Both the position numbers and the translations under genes were made by a program. The notes under the pieces were generated by a model, which saw nothing but the letters and a program-made list of their open reading frames with translations, was not told the origin of the DNA and did no database searches. DNA of 64,000 nucleotides. Origin: Patescibacteria group bacterium (GTDB taxonomy: Bacteria; Patescibacteriota; Minisyncoccia; Phycocordibacterales; DATDWN01). The stretch is taken from positions 178,737 through 242,736 of the forward strand of contig JAZKAN010000001.1 of the NCBI GenBank assembly GCA_040389125.1, read 5' to 3'. How positions within the stretch are numbered: position 1 is the stretch's first letter; each line of letters begins with the position of its first letter. This document shows positions 9,397-19,169 of the stretch, piece by piece.

Positions 9397-10629
9397 TTAA
9401 CTATTATAATATTTGCCCAGAAAATCTTTTTTGTATTCATCGAATTCCCCACTCATTATTGTTTTTCGCATCCTATCTACCATATGAATAATAAAATGTA
9501 GGTTGTGTATGGACGCGAGAGTTGCTGCAAGCATTTCCTTGGCACGAAATAAATGTGCAACATAGCTGCGACTATAGTTCTGACATGTGTAGCATGAACA
9601 CTCACTGTCTAGTGGCGACAAATCATCGCGATACTCTGCATTCGTTATGTTGATCCTGCCACGAGTCGTGTACACATTTCCATTGCGCGCAATACGAGTT
9701 GACGAAACACAGTCAAACAAATCGCATCCATTTTCCACAGCACCAAACAGATCCACCGGTTCGCCAATACCAAGTAAGTGTCGTGGTTTCTCGCGAGGCA
9801 ATATACTGTTGCACCACTCGACAGCCTTACCCATATCCTCCTTTTCAAATGATCCACCAATTCCAAATCCATCAAACTCCCGTCCGTTTACCGAACAGTC
9901 CGCGAGAAACTGTGCGGACTCTTTGCGTAATGTTTCATCTCGTCCACCCTGCACAATACCAAACAGTGCCTGTGTTTCTGCATTATCTTTCGACACATGA
10001 TATTCCAAACTGCGTTTGGCCCAACGATGTGTCCGCTCAAGCGCCTCCTTTTGGTAATGCAGTGACTCATGTGGGGATGTGCATTCATCAAATGCAAAAA
10101 TCATATCCGCCCCCAAATTATGCTGAATCTCAATTGATTTTTCGGGAGTAAAATAATGTGCAGAGCCGTCTGTGTGCGAACGAAATGTTACACCGTTGGG
10201 ATCTATGTGTGCAATTTTTGGTAGTCCCTCTCCATCATTTCTGTCGGCAAGCATCAGCTCATCTGTTTTCAGTGCATTCGAAATTTTACCCATACCTTTG
10301 TTTCCATATGCCGAACCGAGAGAAAATACCTGAAACCCACCAGAGTCTGTCATGGTCGGTCCCTTCCAATTCATTGCTTTGTGCAATCCTCCCATATTTT
10401 TAATTCGCTCATCACCTGGCTCCAGATACAAATGATATGTGTTTGCGAGCACCACCTGTGCACCCGCATCGCGGACCTGTTCTGGCGTGAGAGCTTTGAC
10501 GGTTGCTTTGGTTCCCACTGTGACAAACGCCGGAGTTTGAATGTCACCATGTGGAGTCGAGATGGTTCCAGTACGTCCAAGCTTGCCCGAAAGTTCGGTG
10601 TGTATCGTAAATGAGAAATTCTTTTTCAT
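9397..10629 (-). CDS. tgt: tRNA-guanine transglycosylase
   Basis: NTYHL, TDSGGFQVFSL, GIVQGG, HLLGIG, CxCxxC...H zinc site. Confidence 0.96.
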   Translation of the reverse strand: MKKNFSFTIHTELSGKLGRTGTISTPHGDIQTPAFVTVGTKATVKALTPEQVRDAGAQVVLANTYHLYLEPGDERIKNMGGLHKAMNWKGPTMTDSGGFQVFSLGSAYGNKGMGKISNALKTDELMLADRNDGEGLPKIAHIDPNGVTFRSHTDGSAHYFTPEKSIEIQHNLGADMIFAFDECTSPHESLHYQKEALERTHRWAKRSLEYHVSKDNAETQALFGIVQGGRDETLRKESAQFLADCSVNGREFDGFGIGGSFEKEDMGKAVEWCNSILPREKPRHLLGIGEPVDLFGAVENGCDLFDCVSSTRIARNGNVYTTRGRINITNAEYRDDLSPLDSECSCYTCQNYSRSYVAHLFRAKEMLAATLASIHNLHFIIHMVDRMRKTIMSGEFDEYKKDFLGKYYNS

Positions 10630-10662
10630 TTGGCTCAGCATAGCACATTCGACTTGAATTTA

Positions 10663-10787
10663 AAAAATCTTAAAATCTAGATGGAATTCAAGACAAAATT
10701 AAAAAAATAACCCGAGGTGTACTAAATGTACATTGAGGGTTATTTTTTTAATTTTAACGCAGAAATCCGCTAAATTTGGAGATTTTT
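10663..10787 (+). repeat. structured palindromic element, family B copy 1
   Basis: AAGAC + 19-bp perfect stem + GAGG-TGTAC-TAAAT-GTACA-TTGA + AACGCAG, inside an outer stem. Confidence 0.8.
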
Positions 10788-11253
10788 ATTTTTCTACCTT
10801 TAGAAGCTGTACCTCAAAAATAAGTGTTGATCCTCCTGGTATCGGTCCGTAGTCGCTCATACCATATCCCATTTCTGGTGGCACAGAGAGTACTCGTGTA
10901 CCTCCCACCTTCATACCCACAATTCCTTTGTCCCACCCCTCGATCACTTGACCACCACCGAGCGTGAACTTGAGAGGTTCACCTCGAGCAACTGAACTAT
11001 CAAATACTTTGCCATCTACAAAATGTCCGACGTAGTGAACTGTTACGATACTTCCAACTGTGGCTTCATCACCTGTCCCTACTACCCTATCCTGAATTAA
11101 CAGATTTCCGATTGCACTCGTGTTCATTGATGTTTGTTGTGTGTTATTTGGACTAAATATAGAAAGTAAACCAGAACCAAAAATAAAAAAACCTGCAATT
11201 GCACAGAGTGATACTACAACTGCGATCCACTCATTTTTATCTAATTTTTTCAT
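10786..11253 (-). CDS. FKBP-type peptidyl-prolyl isomerase with N-terminal membrane anchor
   Basis: VTVHYVG, FDSS, VIEGWDKG, IPGGSTLIFEVQLL. Confidence 0.95.
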   Translation of the reverse strand: MKKLDKNEWIAVVVSLCAIAGFFIFGSGLLSIFSPNNTQQTSMNTSAIGNLLIQDRVVGTGDEATVGSIVTVHYVGHFVDGKVFDSSVARGEPLKFTLGGGQVIEGWDKGIVGMKVGGTRVLSVPPEMGYGMSDYGPIPGGSTLIFEVQLLKVEK

Positions 11254-11337
11254 ACATATAGTATATGATGTGTAGAGAAGAATGTAAATAAAAATTCTGC
11301 AAGTTTCTAGAATAAAAGTATGGTATAGTATCTATTC

Positions 11338-12087
11338 ATGAAAAAGCCACAAAAAGTCAAAGTTGCCCCTGCACCACCTACAAATACATACCCAATGCGG
11401 ATCAATAAATACCTTGCTCACAAGGGTATCGCAACACGTACTGGTGTAGACGAGCTAATCAAATCGCACAAAATCCTCATAAATGGAAAAGTTGCTGTGC
11501 TCGGTGACAAAGTCGCGGAGACAGACAACGTAGAAGTACGTGGCACACACACCAAAAAGAAATATGTGTACTATGCGTACAACAAACCACAAGGTATTGT
11601 GAGTACAAATCCCCAAGGTGATGAAAAAGGTATTTTGGAAAATGTGAAATTACCGGTCAAAGTTTTCCCTGTCGGACGATTGGACAAGGAGTCACATGGT
11701 CTTATGATACTTACAAATGACGGTCGTGTTACAGACAGACTTCTCAATCCTATTTACAAGCACGAAAAAGAGTACATCGTCGAGGTGGATCGCAAATATA
11801 CTCCAGGATTTATGAAACATATGCAAGAAGGTGTTGAACTTTCAGATGGTATTACTAAACCTGCTGTATTTGAGAAAATTGATGAAACAACATTTAGCAT
11901 TATTTTGACCGAAGGTCGCAATCGTCAACTACGACGTATGACAGAAAAACTTGGCTATACGATACGTGACTTGCAACGTATCCGTGTACAAAATATTGAG
12001 CTCAAAACTGCACCGATTAATTCCTGTCGAGAAATCACCGGCACTGAGCGAGAGAAATTTTTGGAAGGTATTGGTTTAACTGCGTAA
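11338..12087 (+). CDS. rRNA pseudouridine synthase (RsuA/RluB/RluF family)
   Basis: S4 domain RINKYLA, GRLDKES catalytic motif, EGRNRQLRRM. Confidence 0.95.
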   Translation: MKKPQKVKVAPAPPTNTYPMRINKYLAHKGIATRTGVDELIKSHKILINGKVAVLGDKVAETDNVEVRGTHTKKKYVYYAYNKPQGIVSTNPQGDEKGILENVKLPVKVFPVGRLDKESHGLMILTNDGRVTDRLLNPIYKHEKEYIVEVDRKYTPGFMKHMQEGVELSDGITKPAVFEKIDETTFSIILTEGRNRQLRRMTEKLGYTIRDLQRIRVQNIELKTAPINSCREITGTEREKFLEGIGLTA

Positions 12088-12125
12088 TTTTATTTTTTTA
12101 TTATTCGAGATACAATATATTTATT

Positions 12126-12869
12126 ATGGACAGACCACACAAACACGAAAATCAGCCAAAACCACTTACCAAACAAGAAATTCACGATGCAACCGTGGCT
12201 CGAGTTTCAGCAATAGACAAGGAATTCAACGATGGCTTTAATTTTATGAAGCATTACCCTCGCTCTGTCAGCATTTTTGGAGGAGTGCGTATTGCTGAAT
12301 CCGACCCCTACTACGCAATGGCACGATCGCTGGGTAGTCGTATAGTCAACGAACTCAACTACTCCGTATTTACCGGTGGCGGACCAGGTATTATGGAAGC
12401 AGCAAACCGAGGAGCGTTTGAGGCGGGCGGACAGTCACTTGGACTTACGATCGAACTTCCCTTTGAACAGCAGTCAAATCAGTATCTCACCAAGTTTCTT
12501 GATTTCTATTATTTCTTTAGCCGAAAAGTCTGTTTGCATTTCAGTGGCGAGGCATACGTATTTTTCCCAGGCGGGTTTGGAACGTTTGATGAATTTTTTG
12601 AAATTCTCACACTCGTTCAAACTGGTAAAATCGAGAAAGTTCCAATCATCCTTTTTGGTTCAGAATATTGGAATAAAGTTGATAACCTTATAAAAGAAAT
12701 TTTACTTTCGCGAAATGCTATTGATCCCACAGATGTCCATCTCTATAAAATTACAGATAACGAAGATGAGGTTATCGAGATAATCCGCAACGCACCAGTT
12801 CGCAATGGTCTCAAATTTGAACACGACGCGATTTACGGTCACCACCGTGTTGAGGATGCAAAGGAATAA
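12126..12869 (+). CDS. LOG-family (TIGR00730-like) nucleotide phosphoribohydrolase
   Basis: TGGGPGIMEAANRGA and PGGFGTFDE motifs. Confidence 0.92.
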   Translation: MDRPHKHENQPKPLTKQEIHDATVARVSAIDKEFNDGFNFMKHYPRSVSIFGGVRIAESDPYYAMARSLGSRIVNELNYSVFTGGGPGIMEAANRGAFEAGGQSLGLTIELPFEQQSNQYLTKFLDFYYFFSRKVCLHFSGEAYVFFPGGFGTFDEFFEILTLVQTGKIEKVPIILFGSEYWNKVDNLIKEILLSRNAIDPTDVHLYKITDNEDEVIEIIRNAPVRNGLKFEHDAIYGHHRVEDAKE

Positions 12870-12878
12870 ATCCACGCT

Positions 12879-13097
12879 CTACTCCCCTTTTTGAATTTCT
12901 TTTTTGATTTCCTTAAATTCGTTTTCTATTTCTGAGAGTCGCTCACGAGATGCCTTGATCAGAGTCGCGCCTTCCTTTACATATTCGAGTCCTTTTTCCA
13001 CATCGAGTTCTGATTGCGATTCGAACCACGACACTATCTGAGATAGTTTTTTCAGAGTTTCATTTAAATTTGTTCCGTCCGTTGTTTTTTTTGTCAT
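12879..13097 (-). CDS. xseB: exodeoxyribonuclease VII small subunit
   Basis: 72 aa helical protein with L..IV..FE...LD.E..L....EG pattern, directly after xseA. Confidence 0.88.
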   Translation of the reverse strand: MTKKTTDGTNLNETLKKLSQIVSWFESQSELDVEKGLEYVKEGATLIKASRERLSEIENEFKEIKKEIQKGE

Positions 13098-13115
13098 TGC
13101 GTTTGTATAGTTTTG

Positions 13116-14354
13116 TTAGAGCACTTTAGAAACTATTATACCGTCTGACACCAGAATATCAACTTCGGTCCCGTGTGGAGCATCAGCGATTTTCCGTATG
13201 ACCTTTCCACCACTCTGTACAATACTGTACCCTCGTGCTAGTTGTCTCTCGGGACTAGACATTTCGAGAGATTTTGCTGATTGTGACAAGACATCTCGAA
13301 CACGCGAAGTAATCCCCTCGAAACCACGTACAATTTCCTTTTCATTCCTCTGTATAGAATCCGAAATTCTGGCAATCTGAGTTTCAATACGTACGAGTGC
13401 ATGCAGGAGAGTCGTCTCCGCACGTTGAAATGTTTCAAACAACGCGACAAATCGTTTCTCGATTGAAATTTGGGAATTTTCTAAAATATATTGTGAGTCG
13501 CGTAATCCAGCCTGAAACTGTGACATAATTTTCTCCTCTGCGAGATGCACAGTCGCAAGAGCACTCATCCACGTCGAGTTAAGAAGTCCGGCAACAGCAG
13601 TCGGAGTCGAAACATTTTTGTCGGACACAAGTGATACGAGCGAAACATCTTTATCGTGACCAATGCCTGTAAGAACTGGTACAGGAAAATCAGCAACTGC
13701 CCGTACCAACATTTCATTGTTGAACGCCATAAATGATTCGAGTGACCCTCCACCCCGCATGATAACGAGCACATCAATATCTTTTTTTTGTAGTGTCTTG
13801 ATTGCCGAAAGCAAATCTTTGATTGCATCCTGCCCCTCAACTTTGGAATCGACAAAACTAATTTCATATCCAAATTTACCTATGTTGGTCAGAAAATCGT
13901 TTATCACCGCACCACTTTTAGATGTGATAACCCCGATGCGGGTCGGATAGTCAGGAATCATCCGTTTTCGCATTTCAGAAAATAATCCTTCGTCTTCTAG
14001 CTTTTTCCGGAGCACATCATATGCAATCTTCAGTGCTCCATCTCCGACCAGTTCTACGAGTTCAACTTGGAGAGTCAGTCCCCCGTTTGGTTTATATATG
14101 TTTGGGTATGCAGTTACGATAACCTCCATACCGTCGACGAGTGTCACACCGGAAATTTTGAAATCATTTTTCCACATAAAACATTTTATTGTACTACCAT
14201 CTTTGCTGTCTTTTATCGAAAAGTACAAATAGCTTCTGCCTTCGTACATTTGCACGCCAGAAATTTCTCCGATGATTTTAGCTCGCTCACCTTTTAGAGT
14301 AGCATTGAGAGAGTCGAGATATTTACTTACAGAAATGATATCTTTCGAATTCAT
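13116..14354 (-). CDS. xseA: exodeoxyribonuclease VII large subunit
   Basis: OB fold (GEISG..YFSIKD), RGGGSLES, GIGHDKD, TPTA. Confidence 0.95.
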   Translation of the reverse strand: MNSKDIISVSKYLDSLNATLKGERAKIIGEISGVQMYEGRSYLYFSIKDSKDGSTIKCFMWKNDFKISGVTLVDGMEVIVTAYPNIYKPNGGLTLQVELVELVGDGALKIAYDVLRKKLEDEGLFSEMRKRMIPDYPTRIGVITSKSGAVINDFLTNIGKFGYEISFVDSKVEGQDAIKDLLSAIKTLQKKDIDVLVIMRGGGSLESFMAFNNEMLVRAVADFPVPVLTGIGHDKDVSLVSLVSDKNVSTPTAVAGLLNSTWMSALATVHLAEEKIMSQFQAGLRDSQYILENSQISIEKRFVALFETFQRAETTLLHALVRIETQIARISDSIQRNEKEIVRGFEGITSRVRDVLSQSAKSLEMSSPERQLARGYSIVQSGGKVIRKIADAPHGTEVDILVSDGIIVSKVL

Positions 14355-14366
14355 AGGGGTAGTATA

Positions 14367-14960
14367 TCAAAAATTTGTTCCACACACTCCATCTGCCCAA
14401 AGTCCAAGTTTTTGAACACGAGCATTGTCTTGTGCCTTTTTAAATTCCGTTTGAAATAGGTATGGTATGCGGTATGTGTATTCGTATGCGTACCCCTCTG
14501 CAACCATTACTTTATTTACAAATGTTCCGTCTGGCAGATACACGTATCGCAGGAGTCTCCCGTATTTATCACGATCTGTTTGCGTTTTATCTCCCTTCAG
14601 AAAAACCTCCATTCCTGTCACGAGTTGCTTCATCTTGTTCGATGCGTCTATACCAAAACACTGAACGGGTTTCCGTGGATCTACAGTCTCTGGTGTATTA
14701 ATTCCAATCAGTCGCACTTTTTCTTCAGCTCCATCATCCATAGTCACAACAATAGTATCCCCATCTATTACACGCACGACATCTACTACACCTGGAATGT
14801 GGTTGTGGACAGTGCTTGTTGCACTATTTTCTTCAATATCTATTACTCTAGGAACAACACTTTGAATTACCGTACCAGTTTGATTGATCTGTACACTCTC
14901 CCGCAGGTACAACAAAATCGCAATCGAAAGTAGTACAACCACAGTTGTTAATCTCTTCAT
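14367..14960 (-). CDS. thermonuclease (SNase) family, membrane-anchored or secreted
   Basis: VIDGDT, VRLIGINTPE, DKYGRLLRYV, GLW; hydrophobic N-terminus. Confidence 0.93.
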   Translation of the reverse strand: MKRLTTVVVLLSIAILLYLRESVQINQTGTVIQSVVPRVIDIEENSATSTVHNHIPGVVDVVRVIDGDTIVVTMDDGAEEKVRLIGINTPETVDPRKPVQCFGIDASNKMKQLVTGMEVFLKGDKTQTDRDKYGRLLRYVYLPDGTFVNKVMVAEGYAYEYTYRIPYLFQTEFKKAQDNARVQKLGLWADGVCGTNF

Positions 14961-14970
14961 ATAAATGAAA

Positions 14971-15579
14971 TTAAAGTTCTGGCGTATTCTCTATTTTTGC
15001 TTTTCGAGTTTTAACAATATATTCAATCGCAGACGGGAGAACAGAAATAAACACAATGCCAACAATAATCGGGGTGAGATATGAAGTTGCATTTGGAATT
15101 GCTTTGCCCAAATAGAATCCGACTAGTGTCATCCCTCCGGCCCAAAACACTCCACCAATGAATGTGTAGCGAACGAATTTTTCATATTTCATTTTGGCAA
15201 TACCAGCGAGCGTCGGTGCGAAACTGCGTACTATCGGCACAAACCGACCAATAATAATCGTTTTTGCACCGTATTTATCAAAAAATTCCTGCGTATAATC
15301 AATGTATTTTTGTTTGAAATATTTAGAATCTTTTGTAAAAAATTTCTTCACTATGTAGTGACCGAGTGAGTAGCTAAATAGGTAGCCGAGAACCGCAGCA
15401 ATAAAAATAACAAGGATGAGAATGTCGATACGCAAAATTCCCTGCGATGCCAAAAATCCTGTTGTAAACAGGAGACTGTCGCCAGGCAGAAAAAGTGTCA
15501 GCGGAAATGACTCGAAAAATATGATGGCAAATAGACCAGGATAGCCAATTTTTTGTACCAGTGCGATGAGAGATTCCAT
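14971..15579 (-). CDS. DedA/VTT-domain membrane protein
   Basis: FLPGDSLLF, GRFVPIVRSFAP; start MESLIAL after TATACT-N7. Confidence 0.93.
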   Translation of the reverse strand: MESLIALVQKIGYPGLFAIIFFESFPLTLFLPGDSLLFTTGFLASQGILRIDILILVIFIAAVLGYLFSYSLGHYIVKKFFTKDSKYFKQKYIDYTQEFFDKYGAKTIIIGRFVPIVRSFAPTLAGIAKMKYEKFVRYTFIGGVFWAGGMTLVGFYLGKAIPNATSYLTPIIVGIVFISVLPSAIEYIVKTRKAKIENTPEL

Positions 15580-15594
15580 GAGGGGTAGTATAGC

Positions 15595-15708
15595 ACAAAA
15601 TCCCGTGCATATGTTTTTAAAACACGGCGTCGCTCGGGGCACTCGCGCGCCTCGCTCTCGGGCCGTCGCCCTGCGTACGGTTTTAAAAACATATGCACGG
15701 GATTTTGT
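15595..15708 (-). repeat. structured palindromic element, divergent family A member
   Basis: 29-bp perfect inverted arms; minus-strand core CGCA..ACGG..GAGAGCGAGG-hairpin-CCGAGCGAC keeps the family A motif order. Confidence 0.75.
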
Positions 15709-15728
15709 AAGTGGTGATTTTAGACAAG

Positions 15729-15770
15729 AAAAAACCGCCACTCACCTGAGAAAGCGCGAGTGGCGGTTTT
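15729..15770 (-). terminator. intrinsic terminator
   Basis: AAAACCGCCACTC/GAGTGGCGGTTTT stem with T tract. Confidence 0.8.
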
Positions 15771-15786
15771 CTTCAGCGATGGCGAT

Positions 15787-16050
15787 TTAGTTTGAAGGGT
15801 GTGCAGTAAAGTACAGCTGCCTAAGACTAAGAGTACTTTGATCACCCCATACCCCATCAGGTACAAACTCACTGGTGTGACATTTGGAGTCGCGGATGAT
15901 GCGTTGGATACCTTCGATATGAGGTTTCGGTGCGCCTTTGAGGTGAGTATCGACAGCTGACGGTCCGACATCCTGTCCATGCAGAAGGATTGCAAGAATG
16001 ATCTGCCATACTCGAAGTGCTTCAATCTGTACCGTTGCCTGTGTACTCAA
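15787..16050 (-). CDS. orphan small protein, possible peptidoglycan-binding-like motif
   Basis: TTG start 7 nt after AAGGAG; TTGACA-N16-TAATCT promoter; contains DGVWGDQS. Confidence 0.6.
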   Translation of the reverse strand: MSTQATVQIEALRVWQIILAILLHGQDVGPSAVDTHLKGAPKPHIEGIQRIIRDSKCHTSEFVPDGVWGDQSTLSLRQLYFTAHPSN

Positions 16051-16108
16051 AATCTTTCTCCTTGGGAAACATCCCGACCTTAGATTACTCACAATTTCTG
16101 TTCTGTCA

Positions 16109-16144
16109 ACAAAACAGCATACCATCTTTGGTATGCTGTTTTGT
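16109..16144. terminator. 16-bp hairpin, probable terminator of the helicase gene
   Basis: ACAAAACAGCATACCA-TCTT-TGGTATGCTGTTTTGT. Confidence 0.7.
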
Positions 16145-16160
16145 CATGATTGAATTCAAG

Positions 16161-16279
16161 AACTTTCATAATTTCGATGAGATCCGACGTTGAGAATTTG
16201 AAAATTCGAGGAGACGTACACGAGTACGTTGACGAGTATTTTTAAATCCGAAACTAGGAGATCGCGAAATTTGGAAGTT
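16161..16279 (+). repeat. structured palindromic element, family B copy 2
   Basis: GATGAGATCC...GGAG-ACGTAC-ACGA-GTACGT-TGA...AGGAGATCGC within an outer stem. Confidence 0.8.
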
Positions 16280-17592
16280 TATTCCACGAAGGTAAATGCT
16301 TTGCCCTTCTTGCCCGCTCTACCCGTTCTTCCGATTCGGTGAACATAGTCGTCGTATGTTGCAGGGATATCAAAGTTGATCACGTGTGAGACATCAGAAA
16401 TGTCGAGACCTCGAGCAGCAACGTCTGTCGCCACGAGTACCTGCGCCTTATTTTCCTTGAACTGTCTCAGTGCTCTTTCGCGTCCAGACTGGTTTTTATC
16501 ACCATGAATAGATTCGGCTTTGAATCCGCGACCATTGAGTAGTTGTGTAAGTTTTTCAACGCCATGTTTGGTCCGTCCGAAAATGAGAACTTTATTAAAG
16601 TCAGGTTGAATGAGCATGCTATGCAACACATCAAGTTTATTATCTCCGCGCTCCACTCGCACCACATCCTGGTCAACATTTTTTGATGTGTCCTGAGTTT
16701 TAACAGAAATAGTTACTGGATTTTTCAAGAAATCCTTGATGAGCACCTCGATTTCTCGAGAAAGTGTCGCAGAGAAAAACAGTGTGTGTCTCTCGGCTGG
16801 CATTTTGCTCATGAGCAGCTTCATGTCGTTAATAAATCCCATGTCGAGCATTCGATCAGCTTCATCGAGAACCACCGTTCGAAAATGTGAGAGGTTTAAA
16901 CATCCTCGTTCCACGAGATCCTTGATTCGTCCTGGCGTACCAATGACAAATTCATTGCGATATCGCAAATCGCGAATCTGCTTGCCGATCGGAGATCCTC
17001 CTACCGCACAGACAGAATATAGTTTCATACCCTTTGTAAAACCAACGAGCTCATCCTGAATCTGAGTCGCAAGTTCGCGAGTTGGAACCATGATGAGTAC
17101 GTTTGCTTTTGCATCAGAGAGTACTTTGTGAATAAGCGGAATGAGAAATGCCGCTGTTTTACCAGTACCTGTGTTTGCAATACCGACAACATCCTCTCCG
17201 CGAAGTACGTGTGGGATTGCGCGGTCCTGAATCGGAGTTGGGAGTGAATACCCTTTTCCTAAAATATTATTTTTTAAATTTTCATCAATAAGAAAATCAG
17301 CGAACTTGTGTTCAGGAACAAAGTTTTCAACTTGTTCTGTGATGACTGCCTTGCTGATAAATCGTGAGTGTTCGATGCGGTCGGTTTTGCCCCCGCCTCG
17401 TCCACCGCGACTTCCACCTCTGTTTCCTCCACTTGAAAATCCACGAGAGTTACCTCGTGATCCATATGTAGTTCGTGGAGCATGACTTGCACCACGTGTC
17501 GTAGCGTAATAGCCACCACTCGTACCTGTAGTTGTTCGAGATACAGGTCGTCTCGCCGCTCCTCGTGAGGAGCTGTATGATTTTGATTCCAT
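16279..17592 (-). CDS. DEAD-box RNA helicase
   Basis: Q motif, TGTGKT, PTRELA, DEAD, SAT, HRIGRTGRAG; RGG-rich N-terminus. Confidence 0.97.
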   Translation of the reverse strand: MESKSYSSSRGAARRPVSRTTTGTSGGYYATTRGASHAPRTTYGSRGNSRGFSSGGNRGGSRGGRGGGKTDRIEHSRFISKAVITEQVENFVPEHKFADFLIDENLKNNILGKGYSLPTPIQDRAIPHVLRGEDVVGIANTGTGKTAAFLIPLIHKVLSDAKANVLIMVPTRELATQIQDELVGFTKGMKLYSVCAVGGSPIGKQIRDLRYRNEFVIGTPGRIKDLVERGCLNLSHFRTVVLDEADRMLDMGFINDMKLLMSKMPAERHTLFFSATLSREIEVLIKDFLKNPVTISVKTQDTSKNVDQDVVRVERGDNKLDVLHSMLIQPDFNKVLIFGRTKHGVEKLTQLLNGRGFKAESIHGDKNQSGRERALRQFKENKAQVLVATDVAARGLDISDVSHVINFDIPATYDDYVHRIGRTGRAGKKGKAFTFVE

Positions 17593-17730
17593 TTTATTAT
17601 TACCTGAGGCTTTTAGAATAAAGTCTCGTAAGTTCGGGGAGAAATATAAAGCGGATACCGCTCGGAAATCTCTAGGATTTAAAGCAAAAGCCTCAAAAAC
17701 AAACTAGTGAGAATGACTCAAGTAACTACT

Positions 17731-17807
17731 ACTATATACTACCTGCCATTTTCTGTCAAGGATTGTGGAAAATGGTGCTTGACAATCTATATGGAGTATG
17801 CTATACT
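17731..17807. promoter_or_regulatory. divergent sigma70-type promoters
   Basis: Minus: TTGACA(17759-17754)-N17-TATAGT(17736-17731). Plus: TTGACA(17779)-N17-TATACT(17802). Confidence 0.75.
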
Positions 17808-17898
17808 ATACACAGACTTGTTAAATTTGTTCAGTAATCCGCTAGGCGGGTTGGGGCAGGTTTGGCAAGAGAATGCTCGTTGTAAAAGGAAAGCTCGA

Positions 17899-19056
17899 AT
17901 GAAAACGACTGCTTGCATGATCGTAATGCTTGCGTTGCTTCTCGGGGCGGTCATGCCCCTCGCGGCGCAGGAAGAAAGAAATGATCCGGACGTTTATGTC
18001 GTGATGCCAGGCGACTCTGCCTGGTCAATCTCGGGCGACGTCTTCCACAACCCCCTCCTCTGGAGGCAGGTGGTGGAAAAAAATCCGTTCTTGAAAGCAA
18101 AGGGGCGGATTACGGTTAACGAGAAGAACGGGTGGACATATGTCATGCTACACCCCGGCGAGCAACTGTTTGGACTTGCAGAATTAGGAATTCTGCCCAA
18201 GCAGGTGCCACTTTCCGAACTCGGGATCAAGATTCCCGACCCGGTCGTGATCAATCAAGTGTCAAATTGGACTTGGTTCATTCTCGGCTTGGCACTACTG
18301 CTACTCATCGCGGCCTACCTCATTTATCGGATGCTTACCCGAGATCCGGTAAACTCGAGGCAGGCGATGATGCCTGGCGGAGTTACCGACACGACAGCAC
18401 CAACAGTAATGCAACAGGTTGCTGCTCGGGCTGCCGGATACACTCGTCCAGTCTCGACCAACTCGGCAATCTATCAGCAGTTCACGATCGTCCGTCAAAC
18501 CGCCGGTCGTATCTGGGGCAACATGACAGTTAGTTATGCGGATGGCCGCTCGATTCCTCGTCGCCTTTCCGGTGAACGAGCGTACCAAGCGGAAGTTCGT
18601 TTCCCTGATGGTCACACCGAGACCCTGTACATGTTGCAGGGATGCGGAAATGACCTGCGTATGGGTGGCATCTCGCGTTATCTGCCTGGTCCAGAATTCC
18701 GGTTCGAGGCAGACCCCGCGCCGGTTGTTCCGCCAGCTACCGTTCCGATCGCTGAGACTCCGACCTCTGCACCCGCAGAGGCACCGGCTCCGGTGGTTGA
18801 ACCTGTCGCAACTCCTCAAGTAACAGCCCTTGCACAACCGGAAATCAATCGTAGCGGAGAATTTATCCGCTCGAAAGATGCTCCGGCAGTCGCAAGTGGC
18901 AGCGGAATCGTCAAGCTGGAAATCCGGCGTGCATCATTCGATAATCCTGCCATGCTTCGCATGAGCGGCATCGATGAAAAAGCCGACACCACGTGCGAAG
19001 TGGAGGAAGGGATGGTAACATTCCGATTCACTCCGAAGCACCACAACAGCAATTAG
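17899..19056 (+). CDS. exported LysM-like domain membrane protein
   Basis: Signal peptide, YVVMPGDSAWSIS...W..V...NP LysM-like motif, internal TM helix, Pro/Ala-rich linker; AAGGA SD. Confidence 0.75.
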   Translation: MKTTACMIVMLALLLGAVMPLAAQEERNDPDVYVVMPGDSAWSISGDVFHNPLLWRQVVEKNPFLKAKGRITVNEKNGWTYVMLHPGEQLFGLAELGILPKQVPLSELGIKIPDPVVINQVSNWTWFILGLALLLLIAAYLIYRMLTRDPVNSRQAMMPGGVTDTTAPTVMQQVAARAAGYTRPVSTNSAIYQQFTIVRQTAGRIWGNMTVSYADGRSIPRRLSGERAYQAEVRFPDGHTETLYMLQGCGNDLRMGGISRYLPGPEFRFEADPAPVVPPATVPIAETPTSAPAEAPAPVVEPVATPQVTALAQPEINRSGEFIRSKDAPAVASGSGIVKLEIRRASFDNPAMLRMSGIDEKADTTCEVEEGMVTFRFTPKHHNSN

Positions 19057-19094
19057 TAGTACAAATTTCTGATCTCTCGCAAGAGTAGATTGGG

Positions 19095-19125
19095 GCCACC
19101 ACCTTTCGGGGTAGGTGGCTTTTTT
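19095..19125 (+). terminator. intrinsic terminator
   Basis: GCCACC..GGTGGC stem + T6. Confidence 0.75.
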
Positions 19126-19169
19126 CTTACACAGAAAAATTTAAATCAGATTATGCTAGACTAATCACA

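Noticed and set aside
16161-16279. Hammerhead ribozyme (GATGA...GAAAC), and HDV-like ribozyme (TCCTCGC on the family A opposite strand)
   Set aside because: The CUGANGA core is absent, and the HDV P3/P1.1 nested pseudoknot could not be built by eye.
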